From assembly GCA_965368975.1 (NCBI GenBank), contig CBDUPA010000016.1, forward strand, positions 90,712 through 154,711: a stretch of DNA of 64,000 bases, in the 5' to 3' direction. Positions within the stretch are counted from its first letter, which is position 1, and each line of letters opens with the position of its first letter. A program made the translations under genes and the position numbers. The DNA comes from an uncultured bacterium (GTDB taxonomy: Bacteria; Acidobacteriota; Thermoanaerobaculia; Multivoradales; JAHZIX01). Positions 8,534-20,537 of the stretch are shown here, piece after piece. The notes under the pieces were generated by a model. That model was not told where the DNA came from. It searched no databases and was given only the letters and a program-made list of their open reading frames with translations.

Positions 8534-9441
8534 GGATGCATCTCCTCGGGAGGTGTCGTCAACAAGTCGGCCACAGTGGCCGGGTCTTCGAGTAGGGGAT
8601 TGTGGCCGACGCCGGGCAGCAGGTGGACGGGCGGTCCAGTGGCTTCCGAGCTGGCTTCCGAGCTGGCCTCCGAGGAGGCTTCCGAGGCGGCGGCCAGGCG
8701 GTCGGCGAGGGTGCGGGCGAGGGCGCTGAACTTGGCGTCCTCGCCGCCGACGATCAGGGTGAGGTGGGGCTGGGAACGGCGCGTGCGCCAGCTGTCGACC
8801 AGGCGGTGGCCGTAGTCGGGCATCTCGGCGAGGCCGAGGATTTCGAGGCTGCGCGCCAGGCCCTCGGCGCTGTGCTGACGGCGCCAGCGTCGCTGCGCTT
8901 CTTGGAGGTCGGCGGGGAGCTGCTGCTGGCTGGCGAACAGAGGCAGGGCTTCCCAGGCGTCGAGGAAAGCATCGAGTCCTTCTGCACGTAGCAGATCGAT
9001 CCAGCGACGGTCGGCGGTGCGGCGCTCCTGGCGCTGGATGTCGCCTTCGCGGCCTTCCGGCAGGCCGGGGTGGACGCCGATCAGCGTGACGCGCGCCAGC
9101 TCTTGCTCGGAGAGAGCCTCTCGGGAAGCGCCACCGCCGAGCCCGTGCTCGACCAGCACGCCGAGCGCGACGCGGGCGCCCAGTGAGTAGCCGGCGAGGT
9201 GGACCGGCTGGCCGGTGGTGGTGGCGAGCTGGCGCACGTGTTCGGCGATGCGGGCGGTCTCGTCGGCAAAGCTCATACTGCGATGGCCGGCAGGGGGTTG
9301 AGTGGCTCGAGGTAGACCGTGCCCGAGCAGGTCGGGGGTGCGCACCGTGACGCGTGAGTGGCGGGCGCGCAGGTGGTCGATGACGGGGCACCAGGCGTCG
9401 CCGCCACCGGTGAAGCCGTGCAGCAGGAGGAGCGGGTTCAT
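8530..9441 (-). CDS. menH: SHCHC synthase (alpha/beta hydrolase)
   Basis: [35 protein letters not shown] and GHN motifs. ATGA overlap with menD. Confidence 0.88.
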   Translation of the reverse strand: MNPLLLLHGFTGGGDAWCPVIDHLRARHSRVTVRTPDLLGHGLPRATQPPAGHRSMSFADETARIAEHVRQLATTTGQPVHLAGYSLGARVALGVLVEHGLGGGASREALSEQELARVTLIGVHPGLPEGREGDIQRQERRTADRRWIDLLRAEGLDAFLDAWEALPLFASQQQLPADLQEAQRRWRRQHSAEGLARSLEILGLAEMPDYGHRLVDSWRTRRSQPHLTLIVGGEDAKFSALARTLADRLAAASEASSEASSEASSEATGPPVHLLPGVGHNPLLEDPATVADLLTTPPEEMHP

Positions 9442-11378
9442 CGCGCCTCCAACATCGGGCGCAGACGCGTGTCGACGTCGGCCCACAGGCGGCGCTGGAA
9501 GGCGGCGGCGCTGAGGTCGCCGTCGGTGGGGACGAGGACTTCGACGACGGTGGGACGGGCCGCGGCGCGCGCTTCGGCGAGGGCGCGGCGCAGGTCGTCG
9601 GCGCTGCGCACGCGTTCGTGGCGCAGGCCCCAGAGCTGGGCGGCGGGGCCGAGGTCGCGGCCATGCGGGGTGGTCCAGTGACGCAGGGTTTCGGCGTCGA
9701 TGCCAGGCGTGCGGGCGATTGGCAGCATCTCGAAGATGCGGCCGCCGTCGTTGTGCAGCACGACGATTACGAACGGCACGTCGAGCTGGGCGGCGCAGGC
9801 GAGGCCGCCGAGGTCGTGCAGGAAGCTGACGTCGCCGAGCAGCAGGGTGGCGGGGCGGCCGGCGGCCTGGGCGGCCCCAGCGGTGCCGGCGATCAGGCCG
9901 TCGATACCGTTGGCGCCGCGCTGGCTCCACACGCGCAGGTCTTTGCGCCGCGCGCGGCACCAGGTGTCGACGTGCCGCACGGCCAGGCTGTTGCCCAGGG
10001 CCAGCAGTTCGCCGGCGGCGGTGCTGTCGACGGTCAGGCGGGTGGCGAGAGCTTCGGTCAGCGGGTCGCCAGTGTCTTCGAGCAGGCCATCGGCGCTCGC
10101 CCAGGCGTTCCGGTTGGCCAGTGTCCAGCTGCGACGCCAGGGGGAGGTCGAGCCGTCTTCCTCGTCCGCGGCGCGGTGAAAGACGCGGCGCGGGCCTTGT
10201 TCTAGCTGGTCGGCGACGGCCGTGGCGATGTCGCCGACGTCGCCGTAGATCAGGGCCTCGGCGCTGGAGCCGGGGTCGTTCCAGCCGTGGGCGGCGAGGA
10301 CGAAGCGGCGGTGGCGTGGGTGTTCGTCGAGGTAGCGTTGCCACAGGCCGGAGGTGGGCGGGGCACCGACTTGAAGGACGACGTCCGGCGCGTGGGTGCG
10401 GCGGAAGGCTTCGCTGTGGAGCAGTGTGTCGAAGGCGTCGGCGTGCAGGATCTCGTCAGGGGGGATGGCCGCGTCGCAGGCAAAGAAGCGCAGTTGACTG
10501 GTGGCCTCGGCGAGCAGTGGATAGCCGGTGAGCGCGGCCAGGCGCAGGATGGCGGTGCGCGGTGTGTGCCGTGCGTGCTGGGTGCTCTGTGTGTGCTGGG
10601 TCAGGGCTGCCGGGCCGGCGACGATCAAGCCGGAACGCGCCGCGCGGCAAGCGCTGACGAGTAGCTGAATGGCTTCGGCGTTCGGCTGTGTTTGCGGTGC
10701 GTAGGGACGAGTTATTGGCTGCTGGCACAGGGCGTCGACGCGGCGGAAGAGGTCGTGCTCGGGATGGTGGTGCTCAGGACGGTGGTGCTCGGGATTGGCC
10801 GCATGCGCTGGTTCGACGTCTTCGAGCGGGTACGGTTCGAGGGGTTTGCGCGCGCGGGCGTTCAGGTGGACGGCGCCGGGACGCGGCCAGCGGCTGGTGA
10901 AGACGGCCTGGGCGGCGGCACGGCGCAGACCGCGCAGGGCGGCGTCACCGGCTTCGGGGGCGCCGAGGTCGAAGAAGGCGCGGGCGTGGTCGCCGAAGAG
11001 TTTCAGCTGGTCGATGGTCTGCGGTGCGGCGCACTGCGTCAGCTCGACGGGGCGGTCGGCGGTCAGGGCGAGCAGCGGTACGTGCGCCTGGGCGGCTTCG
11101 ATGACGGCCGGCAGGTAGTGGGCGCCGGCGGTGCCGGAGGTGCATAGCAGCAGGCTGGGCCGACCGCTGGCGCGCGCCTGACCGAGGGCGTAGAAGGCGG
11201 CGGCGCGTTCGTCGTGGATGTCGGTGCAGGTCAAGTCTGGGTGCGCGATGGCGGCGGCGACGAAGGGGGTCGAGCGCGAGCCGGGGCTGATGACCACGTC
11301 GGTGACACCGGCGGCGGCGAAGCTGTCGAGCAGCAGCCGCGCCCACTCGGTGAGCAGGTTGGCGGCCGCCGTGCTCAC
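9438..11378 (-). CDS. menD: SEPHCHC synthase (ThDP-dependent)
   Basis: [45 protein letters not shown] and NDGGRIF motifs. Confidence 0.95.
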   Translation of the reverse strand: MSTAAANLLTEWARLLLDSFAAAGVTDVVISPGSRSTPFVAAAIAHPDLTCTDIHDERAAAFYALGQARASGRPSLLLCTSGTAGAHYLPAVIEAAQAHVPLLALTADRPVELTQCAAPQTIDQLKLFGDHARAFFDLGAPEAGDAALRGLRRAAAQAVFTSRWPRPGAVHLNARARKPLEPYPLEDVEPAHAANPEHHRPEHHHPEHDLFRRVDALCQQPITRPYAPQTQPNAEAIQLLVSACRAARSGLIVAGPAALTQHTQSTQHARHTPRTAILRLAALTGYPLLAEATSQLRFFACDAAIPPDEILHADAFDTLLHSEAFRRTHAPDVVLQVGAPPTSGLWQRYLDEHPRHRRFVLAAHGWNDPGSSAEALIYGDVGDIATAVADQLEQGPRRVFHRAADEEDGSTSPWRRSWTLANRNAWASADGLLEDTGDPLTEALATRLTVDSTAAGELLALGNSLAVRHVDTWCRARRKDLRVWSQRGANGIDGLIAGTAGAAQAAGRPATLLLGDVSFLHDLGGLACAAQLDVPFVIVVLHNDGGRIFEMLPIARTPGIDAETLRHWTTPHGRDLGPAAQLWGLRHERVRSADDLRRALAEARAAARPTVVEVLVPTDGDLSAAAFQRRLWADVDTRLRPMLEAR

Positions 11379-13044
11379 CGCATCCCTTCCTCGGGTTCGG
11401 GGCGCTCGGGTGGCCCCGGTTCACGCGAGACTGGATTGTCCGAAACGAGGGCCGAGAGGATGGCTTGCTGCTTCATCGCCGTCTCGCGGTACTCGAGTTC
11501 GGGGTCCGAGTCGGCGACGATGCCGGCACCGGCGAACAGGTAGGCGGTGTCGGGGGTCAGCAGGGAGGAGCGCAGGGCGACCGCGAACTCGCCATCACCG
11601 TTGGCGTCGAACCAGCCGACCGGGCCGGCGTACCAGCCGCGCGGCGTCGACTCTCGCTCGACGATCCAGCGCACCGCGTCGGCCGTGGGCACGCCACCGA
11701 CGGCGGGTGTCGGATGCAGCGTCTCGACCAAGTCGAGCACGTGCGGTGTCGAACTCTGGCTCTTGGCTTGTCCGGGAGCTGGTGCGGGCGTCGCGATCAG
11801 GCGACCGCGGATCGGCGTCTGCAGGTGGACGACGTGGCGCAGCTTGAGCAGGCGCGGCTGGCTGTCCCAGTGCAGCGGACGGCACAGCGGTTCCAAGCGT
11901 TCGACGATGTGGCGCACCACCCAGGCGTGCTCGCCTTGTTCTTTTGGGCTGGCCAGCAGGCGCTCGGCCTCGGCGTCGCCGAGCCCGGCGGAACCGGCGA
12001 GTGCTTCGGTCTCGACCTGCAGCCCGTGGCGACGGATCAGCCGCTCCGGGGTGACGCCGAGGAAGCTGATGCCGGCGCGGTGGAAGGCGAAGCGGAAGCC
12101 GCCGAAAGCAGTGTGCAGGGCGGACAGCCGTTCGAGCACGGCGATCGGGTCGAGTGGTCGCGGCAGGTCGAGCTCGGCGCGGCGCGCGGCGACGATCTTC
12201 TCGAAGCGACCGTCGCGGATGGCGTCGCGGATGGCCTCGATCTGCGCCGTCCATTCTTCGAGCGGGCGCTGGTGCAGGCGTTCGTGCAGGGACAGATCGT
12301 CGTCGGTGTGCTGAGCGATCGATGGCTTTGCGGTCTTCGGGCGCGGCGCAGCCGGTCGCCCCAGGTCGTCGAGGAGCATTTCCAGGCTGTCGAGCCAGGC
12401 ATCGTCGACGCGCTGACGATCCGTGGGCGCCAGCGTGACGGTGAGCAGCGCCGGGGCGTTTGCGCCGTCGCCAGCGGGTAGCACGGCGTAGCGTAGGCGG
12501 GGCAGCACGAAGCTGCCGTCGCCGAACGGCGCCCAGGGGTCGTTCGTGTCCAGTTCTTGACGCTCGCGCGGCGCGAAGGCGAGGCCGCCGTAGAGGCGGG
12601 AGCCGAGGAGCGCGTGCTTGGCTGGCTGGTCTGTTGGCTGCTGGGCCGTTGGGGAGCGGAGGTCGGGATGGCTGACTTCGTGCAGGCGTGCGAACAGCTC
12701 GTCGGCCTGGCGCCGCAGGTCGCTGCAGCGGTCGCGGGTGCCGTTGGCCTGCAACGTCGCCGCGGCGCCGACGGCGGCGACGGCGGCTCCGTGCTGCGGC
12801 GCCCACAGCAGGCCGTGATCAATGGCGGTGGCTCCGACAGCCTCACCGAACAGTGTCGGCAGGGCGCGTACCAGACGAGCCAACGTGCGCTCGGGCGTCA
12901 ACCGCGGTGCCGGCAAGTGCAGCACCGTCCAGGCATCCGGGGACGCCGCCGCCAGTGTTTCGGCGACGAAGCCGCGCAGGCTGTCGGGGGCCGGTGCGTC
13001 GGTGGCAGTGAAGTCGGTGGCTGGAGTCTGTTGCAGAGCTTCGT

Positions 13045-13048
<4 letters not shown>
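11375..13048 (-). CDS. menF: Isochorismate synthase
   Basis: KIVAAR, TPERL, TEALAGS, LHPTPAVGG, RGWYAGPVGW and AGAGIV motifs. Confidence 0.92.
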
Positions 13049-15068
<2,020 letters not shown>

Positions 15069-15086
15069 GTCGTGGGTTCTCCGCGG

Positions 15087-16196
15087 TCAGCGTCGGCGGT
15101 GCACCGTAGCCTCCGCCACCGTGGTCAGAGCCACGACGGCGTCGCCATCGGGAAGGCCGTTCAGGCAGCGCACCGCGCGATGCGAGCGCTCCAAGGCCAG
15201 TTTTCGGCAGTCCTCCACTGCACCGGTGCGGTGCAGGGATGCGATCAAACGGTCGCAGAGCTCGGCGGGCGGCCTTTCGGTGGGCGATTGGGCCTCGCCG
15301 GCCTGCAAAATGCGCTCGATCACGGGCCGCAATTCGGCGTCGCGTTCGAGCGCGAGAATCAGGGGGTAGGTCATCTTGCCTTCACGCAGATCCGTGAACA
15401 GGGTCTTGCCGGTGGTCTGTGTGTCGCCGGTGAGGTCGAGCAGGTCGTCGATCACCTGGAAGGCGACGCCGAGGTGGCTGCCGTACTCTTCGAGCTCGGA
15501 GCACTGCTCGGGCGACAGGCCGCCGCACTTGCCGCCGGCATACATGGCCCAGCGGAAGAGCGCCGCCGTCTTGCCCTCGGCGACCTGGAAGTAGACGTCG
15601 CGGCCGGCGTCGATGCGGCCGCGGTGTTCGAGCTGCACCGACTCGGCGAGCACCATCTGCTCGATGGTGGCGAGCAGCGGCTCCAGCGTGTCGGGGATCT
15701 CGGCGCGGCGTACCCGGCGCAGGGCTTCGATCAGCATCCAGTCGCCAGCGAAGACCGAGGCGGCGTTGCCGTATTCGTGGCGCGCGGTGGGGGCGCCGCG
15801 GCGCGTGTTGGCGAGGTCGACGACATCGTCGTGCAACAGCGTCGCGTTGTGCACCAGCTCGACCGCTACCGCCATGTCCAGCGCCGCTGGCGAAAAGCCA
15901 CTACCGGCGCGTGCAGCCAGGGCCACGCACAGCGGACGCAGGCGCTTGCCGCCCTGCTCCAAGAGGTGGTTGGCGCTCCGGCCGACCAAGCTCTCGGCCA
16001 CCGAGCCGACAGGAGCGATGGCGTCGAGGGCCTCGTCGACGGTCTCGAGGTCAGGTGCGACGAATTCGCTGAGCCCCAACAAGCGGCTGGCGAGGTCGTC
16101 GAGCCCGCGCTCGGCGCACAGGCGACTGAGCTTGCCGAGCAGTTGCGGCGAGCCGACGGGGCCGAGTTCGGAGCCGGAGCGGGGAGCCTGGTTCAT
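15087..16196 (-). CDS. Polyprenyl diphosphate synthase (IspB-like)
   Basis: GGKRLRP, LLHDDVVD (first Asp-rich motif), GKTA, FQVIDDLLD (second), DLREGK. Confidence 0.92.
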   Translation of the reverse strand: MNQAPRSGSELGPVGSPQLLGKLSRLCAERGLDDLASRLLGLSEFVAPDLETVDEALDAIAPVGSVAESLVGRSANHLLEQGGKRLRPLCVALAARAGSGFSPAALDMAVAVELVHNATLLHDDVVDLANTRRGAPTARHEYGNAASVFAGDWMLIEALRRVRRAEIPDTLEPLLATIEQMVLAESVQLEHRGRIDAGRDVYFQVAEGKTAALFRWAMYAGGKCGGLSPEQCSELEEYGSHLGVAFQVIDDLLDLTGDTQTTGKTLFTDLREGKMTYPLILALERDAELRPVIERILQAGEAQSPTERPPAELCDRLIASLHRTGAVEDCRKLALERSHRAVRCLNGLPDGDAVVALTTVAEATVHRRR

Positions 16197-16264
16197 GATG
16201 TGTTGGCGTTCGAGGGCAGTATGGGGCTGAGTCTGTTCTTGGGGGGGCTGAGTCTTTGGGGGCG

Positions 16265-16984
16265 TCAGCGAGTCGCTGCCACTTCGGGTTCCAGGTCGAA
16301 GGTGTCGTCGGCTTTGTAGTCGTCGGCTTTGTAGTCGTCAGCTTCGTACTCGTCAGCTTTGTACTCGTCCGCGTCAAGAGCATTCGCGTCCGGAGCCGGG
16401 GTCGATGCAGGCGCCGGCTTGAGCGACGGTTGGCTGGACGGCTGGCGGCGTACCGCCCGGCTGACCTTCAGCCCGCCGCGCAGCACCTTGAGGCCGAAGC
16501 CGCCCACCGAGCCGCCCTTGAGGAAGATTTCGGCCATCGAGTCCGCCATCTCGGTCAGCGTCTCGATCGCCTGCAGGCGTTCCAAGAAAGCCTGGGCTTC
16601 GACGTCCGTCTTGGCCTCTTCTTCGAGCAGCGGGATCCACTCGCTCAGGTGCTCGCGGATCGGATCCCACTCACGCCGCTTGCGGATCAGCAGCACGTTG
16701 CGCGTCACCTTGGCCAGGTCGGTCTCGGGCCGGTAGAGCACCCGTCGCGAGCCCGGCGCCTTCTCGGGCATCACCAGACCCCACTCACGCAATTCCCGGC
16801 AAGCCATGCTCACCGCGCCGCGCGACATCTCCAGCCCGGCCATGATCTCTTCGGCGTCCGCTCCCTCGGGCCGCGACAGCAGCCAGCCGTAGGCGCGCGC
16901 CGTGGTCGGCGAGACGCCCCAGAAGGGCCCGAGGGCTCCCCACAGCTGCACGAAAGATTCACGGACATCGTTCACCGCACTCAT
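16265..16984 (-). CDS. GbsR/MarR-family transcriptional regulator with acidic repeat tail
   Basis: FVQLWGALGPFWG, wHTH SRGAVSMACRELREWGLV, RKRREWDP. First gene of the operon. Confidence 0.85.
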   Translation of the reverse strand: MSAVNDVRESFVQLWGALGPFWGVSPTTARAYGWLLSRPEGADAEEIMAGLEMSRGAVSMACRELREWGLVMPEKAPGSRRVLYRPETDLAKVTRNVLLIRKRREWDPIREHLSEWIPLLEEEAKTDVEAQAFLERLQAIETLTEMADSMAEIFLKGGSVGGFGLKVLRGGLKVSRAVRRQPSSQPSLKPAPASTPAPDANALDADEYKADEYEADDYKADDYKADDTFDLEPEVAATR

Positions 16985-16992
16985 GACGGCGG

Positions 16993-17021
16993 ACTATACA
17001 GGAGGCCTCCTGAACTTTCAA
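16993..17021 (-). promoter_or_regulatory. Sigma70 promoter of the menaquinone operon (likely leaderless)
   Basis: Minus strand TTGAAA (17021-17016), 17-nt spacer, TATAGT (16998-16993); the ATG is only 8 nt downstream. Confidence 0.75.
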
Positions 17022-17040
17022 TCCTTTTTGAAGGTTCAGG
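17009..17040. promoter_or_regulatory. Palindromic operator (putative GbsR site)
   Basis: CCTGAACTTTCAA-N6-TTGAAGGTTCAGG: 13-bp inverted repeat with 1 mismatch, overlapping the -35 box. Confidence 0.72.
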
Positions 17041-17184
17041 ATGTTCGAGCGCTTGGGCGGCCTCGCGAGTGTGGCGGCCAGGTGCCGGTCACGCAGCCTG
17101 TGCAAGGGTGCTCAAGGATCGGCGGAGTCTATGACAAAGAGCTGTGATCTGGGAAGAGTTGATCTTCTGGACATCCTGGACTCG

Positions 17185-17213
17185 TTGACTTTCGTACGTG
17201 CGCTGGATATTGT
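17185..17213 (+). promoter_or_regulatory. Sigma70 promoter upstream of the structured RNA and DUF3800 gene
   Basis: TTGACT (17185-17190), 17-nt spacer, TATTGT (17208-17213). Confidence 0.65.
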
Positions 17214-17223
17214 TCAGCCACAA

Positions 17224-17278
17224 ACCCTGGGAGAGACGCCCTTTGCGACTCGTGTGGGCTTAGCGGCCCCCCTGGGGT
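17224..17278 (+). ncRNA. Candidate DUF3800-associated structured RNA
   Basis: Outer stem ACCCTGGG/CCTGGGGT, inner stem GCCC/GGGC enclosing TGCGA/TCGTG, single-stranded TTAGCG. Starts right at the predicted transcription start. RNA motifs linked to DUF3800 genes are known. Confidence 0.5.
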
Positions 17279-17340
17279 ATTTCCTTGTTCCGTTGATTTT
17301 AGGGAGGCCGATAAATCCGTGTTTCTGTAACGGAGTTACG

Positions 17341-18231
17341 GTGTTTCTACTCTATCTGGACGAGTCTGGGGTCCCGGAGTCACACGCAGACCAGACCAGC
17401 CACTTCGTTGTCGTCGGCTTGGCCGTACACGAGGGAACGTGGTTCGCACTAGAGAAGCAGGTCGCTGGCCTCAAGCGACGTTTCGGACTCCAAGGGGATT
17501 CTGAATATGAACTCCACGCTGGTTGGATTCTGCAGCGCTATCGAGACCAGGAAGAAGTCGAGCAGTTCGAGAGCTTGAGCCTGCAGGCTCGCTTCGATGC
17601 GGTCCAGCAGGTTCGACAGGCCAAGCTCGAGAACTTGAAAGAACGCTCGTCGAAATCACGAACGCGCAAGCTGGCCGCTTTCAGGAAGACGGAACCGTTC
17701 ATTCACCTGACGGCTGTCGAGCGGCGACAATTGGTCGCAGAGACGCTAAGGATCGTTGCGAAGTACCGCCGAGGGCTGTGCTTGTTCGGCGAAGCGATCA
17801 ACAAGACAACTCTGAGCCCAGCGGTCGATCCCTGGGAGGAGTGCTTCGATCACCTGGTCACGCGGTTCGAGAAGTTTCTCAAGACCAGGAAGCGCAAGAC
17901 GTGGGGGCTGATCGCGGCTGACCACTACGATACCCAGGCCAAGCTCCTACCGGCTCGACTGGCTCGGTTTCAGCGTACGGGTACGCGTTGGGCCGACATT
18001 GAGCGGGTGATAGAGTCTCCGTTCTTCGTCGATAGCCGGGGGTGCTCTGGAGTCCAGCTTGCCGACCTCTGTGCTTTTGCCTTGAGGCGGTATCTGGAGA
18101 ATGAGGAAGAAGACAACTTCCGCCTTATCTTGCCGAAGTTCTTTCGGTCCCGAGGACAACTCGTCGGCCTACGGCATTTCACCAAGGCCGGGTGTCCGTG
18201 CCTCATTTGCCGAGAACGTCAACATGACTAA
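17341..18231 (+). CDS. DUF3800 domain protein (predicted RNase H-like fold)
   Basis: GTG start MFLLYLDESG, ELHA, and C-terminal QLADLCAFA (QxxD). GC lower than flanks. Confidence 0.85.
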   Translation: MFLLYLDESGVPESHADQTSHFVVVGLAVHEGTWFALEKQVAGLKRRFGLQGDSEYELHAGWILQRYRDQEEVEQFESLSLQARFDAVQQVRQAKLENLKERSSKSRTRKLAAFRKTEPFIHLTAVERRQLVAETLRIVAKYRRGLCLFGEAINKTTLSPAVDPWEECFDHLVTRFEKFLKTRKRKTWGLIAADHYDTQAKLLPARLARFQRTGTRWADIERVIESPFFVDSRGCSGVQLADLCAFALRRYLENEEEDNFRLILPKFFRSRGQLVGLRHFTKAGCPCLICRERQHD

Positions 18232-18364
18232 TGGTGCCCTGCTAGAGTAATCTCCTGTCGTCCTGCTTCCCGGCAAGCCGCTCAGAAAGTAGGGGACGAC
18301 CCGCCCTCCGGGCCCGACCTGACTGCGTCCACCCATCCCGCGATCCCTTCCAGGAGACATCCGC

Positions 18365-20470
18365 ATGCCGAACCACCGTGCCGCCCTTCCTCTCTCCCGC
18401 TACTTCTTGGCACTGCCCGTGCTCGCTGTCGTGACGCTGCTCGCGGCCTGCGGTCCGCGTGCCGAAGCGCCTGCCGCGGATGCGGCCGATGAAGCTGGCC
18501 GCCTGAGTCGCGAGGAGATCGCGCAGTCGGTGCAGTCGACCATGGACGCGAGTGTTGATCCTTGCCAGGACTTCTACCGCTACGCCTGCGGTGGCTGGCT
18601 CGACAACACCGAGCGGCCGGCGGATCAGGCGCGTTGGGTGCGCAGCATCTCGCAGATCCGCGAGGCCAACCTGGAAGCGCTGCGCACGCTGGTCGACGAA
18701 CTGAGCAGCTCCGAGGCCGAGCTGAGCGGTGCCGAGGCGCAGGTCGCGTCGTTCTATGGATCGTGCATGGCGGTGGAGGAGACGCCGGCACCGGTGTCGG
18801 CGCTCGACGCGTACTTCGCGCGCATCGCCAAGGTCGAGGACGTCGAGTCGCTGTTCGCGGCGCTCGGTGACCTGCATCCGCAGGGGGTCAACGCCCTGTT
18901 CAGTATCGGTACCGAAGCCGACTTCAAAGAGCCGACCGTGATGACCGCATTCCTCTTCCAGGGCGGCCTCGGCCTGCCCGAGCGCGGCTACTACCTGCGC
19001 GACGACGAGGGCAGCCAGACGCTGCGCCAGCGCTACCAGGAGGGCATGGCGAGTCTGTTCGAGCTGTTCGGCGACGAGCCGGCTGCGGCCGGTGAGCGCG
19101 CCGCTGCCGTGCTCGCCTTCGAGACCCGCATGGCCGAGGTGTCGCTGAGTCCGGCAGAGATGGGCGACCTGCCCAGCCTGTACCACCCGATGCAGCGGCA
19201 GGGCCTGCAAGAACTGGCGCCGGCGTTGGCCTGGGGCAGCTATTTCGACACCACCGGCTATGACGGCATCGACGACCTCGTCGTGGCGACGCCCGACTAC
19301 TTCAAGGGCATCGAGCCGCTGGTCACCGGCGGTGACTTCGCCGACGTCCGCAGCTATCTGCGCTGGCGCGTCATCGACGCCTTCGCCGACTACCTGGGCG
19401 GCGAGGCCGAGCAGGCGCACTTCGCGGTCAACGAGCAGCTGGTCGAAGGGCAGGAGCAGATGGAAGCGCGCTGGAAGCGTTGCCTCGACGCCACTGACGC
19501 AGTGCTCGGTGAGTCGCTGGGCGAACTCTTCGTCGAGCGTCGCTTCGCCGGTGAGAGCAAGCAGGTCGCTGAACAGATGATCGAGGACATCGAGACTTCC
19601 TTTGTCGAAGCGCTGCCGGCCGTCTCCTGGATGGACGACGAGACGCGCGGCCGCGCCCAGGGCAAGGCCGAGGCACTGAACGACAAGATCGGCTATCCCG
19701 ACACCTGGCGCGACTACTCGGCGCTGCAGCTGGAGGCCGGCAACTACCTGGCCAACCGCGTGGCCAGCGCGCGCCTGGAGTTTGCCCACGACATGGACAA
19801 GGCCGGCCAGCCCACCGATCGCGACGAGTGGGGCATCACGCCGCCGACCGTCAACGCTTACTACAACCCGATGCTCAACGAGATCGTCTTCCCCGCCGGC
19901 ATTCTGCAGCCGCCGATGTTCCATCGCGACTACCCGGCGCCGATGAACTATGGTGCCATTGGCCTGGTGATGGGCCACGAGCTGACCCACGGCTTCGACG
20001 ACTCGGGGCGCCAGTTCGACCCGCAGGGCCGCCTCGCCGAGTGGTGGGAGCCCGAGGCGAGCGAGCGCTACGAAGAGCAGGCGATGTGCGTCGAGAAGCT
20101 GTATGACGGCTACGAGGTGTTGCCCGACCTGACGCTCAACGGCGAGCTGACCCTGGGCGAGAACATCGCCGACCTGGGCGGCATCAAGCAGGCCTTCTGG
20201 GCCTGGCGCCGCTGGGCCGAGCGCAACGGCCAGCCCGAGCCGCTGACCGACTCGCTGACCAACGACCAGCTGTTCTTCGTCGCCTACGGCCAGGTATGGT
20301 GCTCGCTGCAGACGGACGAGATGGTGCGCATGCGGGCGCGCGCGGACTCGCACGCCCATCCCGAATACCGCGTCGTTGGTCCGCTGAGCCAGTTCCAGGG
20401 CTTCGCCGACGCCTTCCAGTGCGCCGAGGGTACGCCGATGAACCCGGTCGAGAAGTGCGAGGTCTGGTGA
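18365..20470 (+). CDS. M13 family (neprilysin/PepO-like) zinc metallopeptidase, lipoprotein
   Basis: Lipobox LAAC; DPCQDFYRYACGGW, VNAYY, HELTH and GENIAD motifs. Confidence 0.95.
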   Translation: MPNHRAALPLSRYFLALPVLAVVTLLAACGPRAEAPAADAADEAGRLSREEIAQSVQSTMDASVDPCQDFYRYACGGWLDNTERPADQARWVRSISQIREANLEALRTLVDELSSSEAELSGAEAQVASFYGSCMAVEETPAPVSALDAYFARIAKVEDVESLFAALGDLHPQGVNALFSIGTEADFKEPTVMTAFLFQGGLGLPERGYYLRDDEGSQTLRQRYQEGMASLFELFGDEPAAAGERAAAVLAFETRMAEVSLSPAEMGDLPSLYHPMQRQGLQELAPALAWGSYFDTTGYDGIDDLVVATPDYFKGIEPLVTGGDFADVRSYLRWRVIDAFADYLGGEAEQAHFAVNEQLVEGQEQMEARWKRCLDATDAVLGESLGELFVERRFAGESKQVAEQMIEDIETSFVEALPAVSWMDDETRGRAQGKAEALNDKIGYPDTWRDYSALQLEAGNYLANRVASARLEFAHDMDKAGQPTDRDEWGITPPTVNAYYNPMLNEIVFPAGILQPPMFHRDYPAPMNYGAIGLVMGHELTHGFDDSGRQFDPQGRLAEWWEPEASERYEEQAMCVEKLYDGYEVLPDLTLNGELTLGENIADLGGIKQAFWAWRRWAERNGQPEPLTDSLTNDQLFFVAYGQVWCSLQTDEMVRMRARADSHAHPEYRVVGPLSQFQGFADAFQCAEGTPMNPVEKCEVW

Positions 20471-20491
20471 TCTCCGATCCCGATCCGAAAA

Positions 20492-20517
20492 TAGGGGCAC
20501 CCCCCAGTGGGTGCCCC
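20492..20517. repeat. REP-like hairpin / bidirectional terminator
   Basis: TAGGGGCACCC-CCAGT-GGGTGCCCC between convergent genes. Confidence 0.55.
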
Positions 20518-20537
20518 GGTTGGGGGCGGGCCGAAGT

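Noticed and set aside
8534-10344. Long N-terminal extensions of the menB and menH ORFs
   Set aside because: They overlap the upstream genes in other frames; the real starts are at 8533 and 9441.
16303-16372. FLAG-tag-like DYKADD repeats suggesting engineered DNA
   Set aside because: Not DYKDDDDK; a degenerate 15-bp natural tandem repeat like others in this window.
17041-17340. N-terminal 100-aa extension of the DUF3800 ORF
   Set aside because: The family motif starts at GTG 17341, and the extension overlaps the predicted promoter and RNA.
18289-18320. GTAGGGGACG as another REP copy
   Set aside because: No convincing palindrome follows the GTAG.
18242-20500. Long antisense and alternate-frame ORFs (also 14820-16319, 34145-35932, 47877-49712, 56207-58027)
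   Set aside because: Shadow ORFs expected at high GC opposite well-supported genes; no recognisable motifs.
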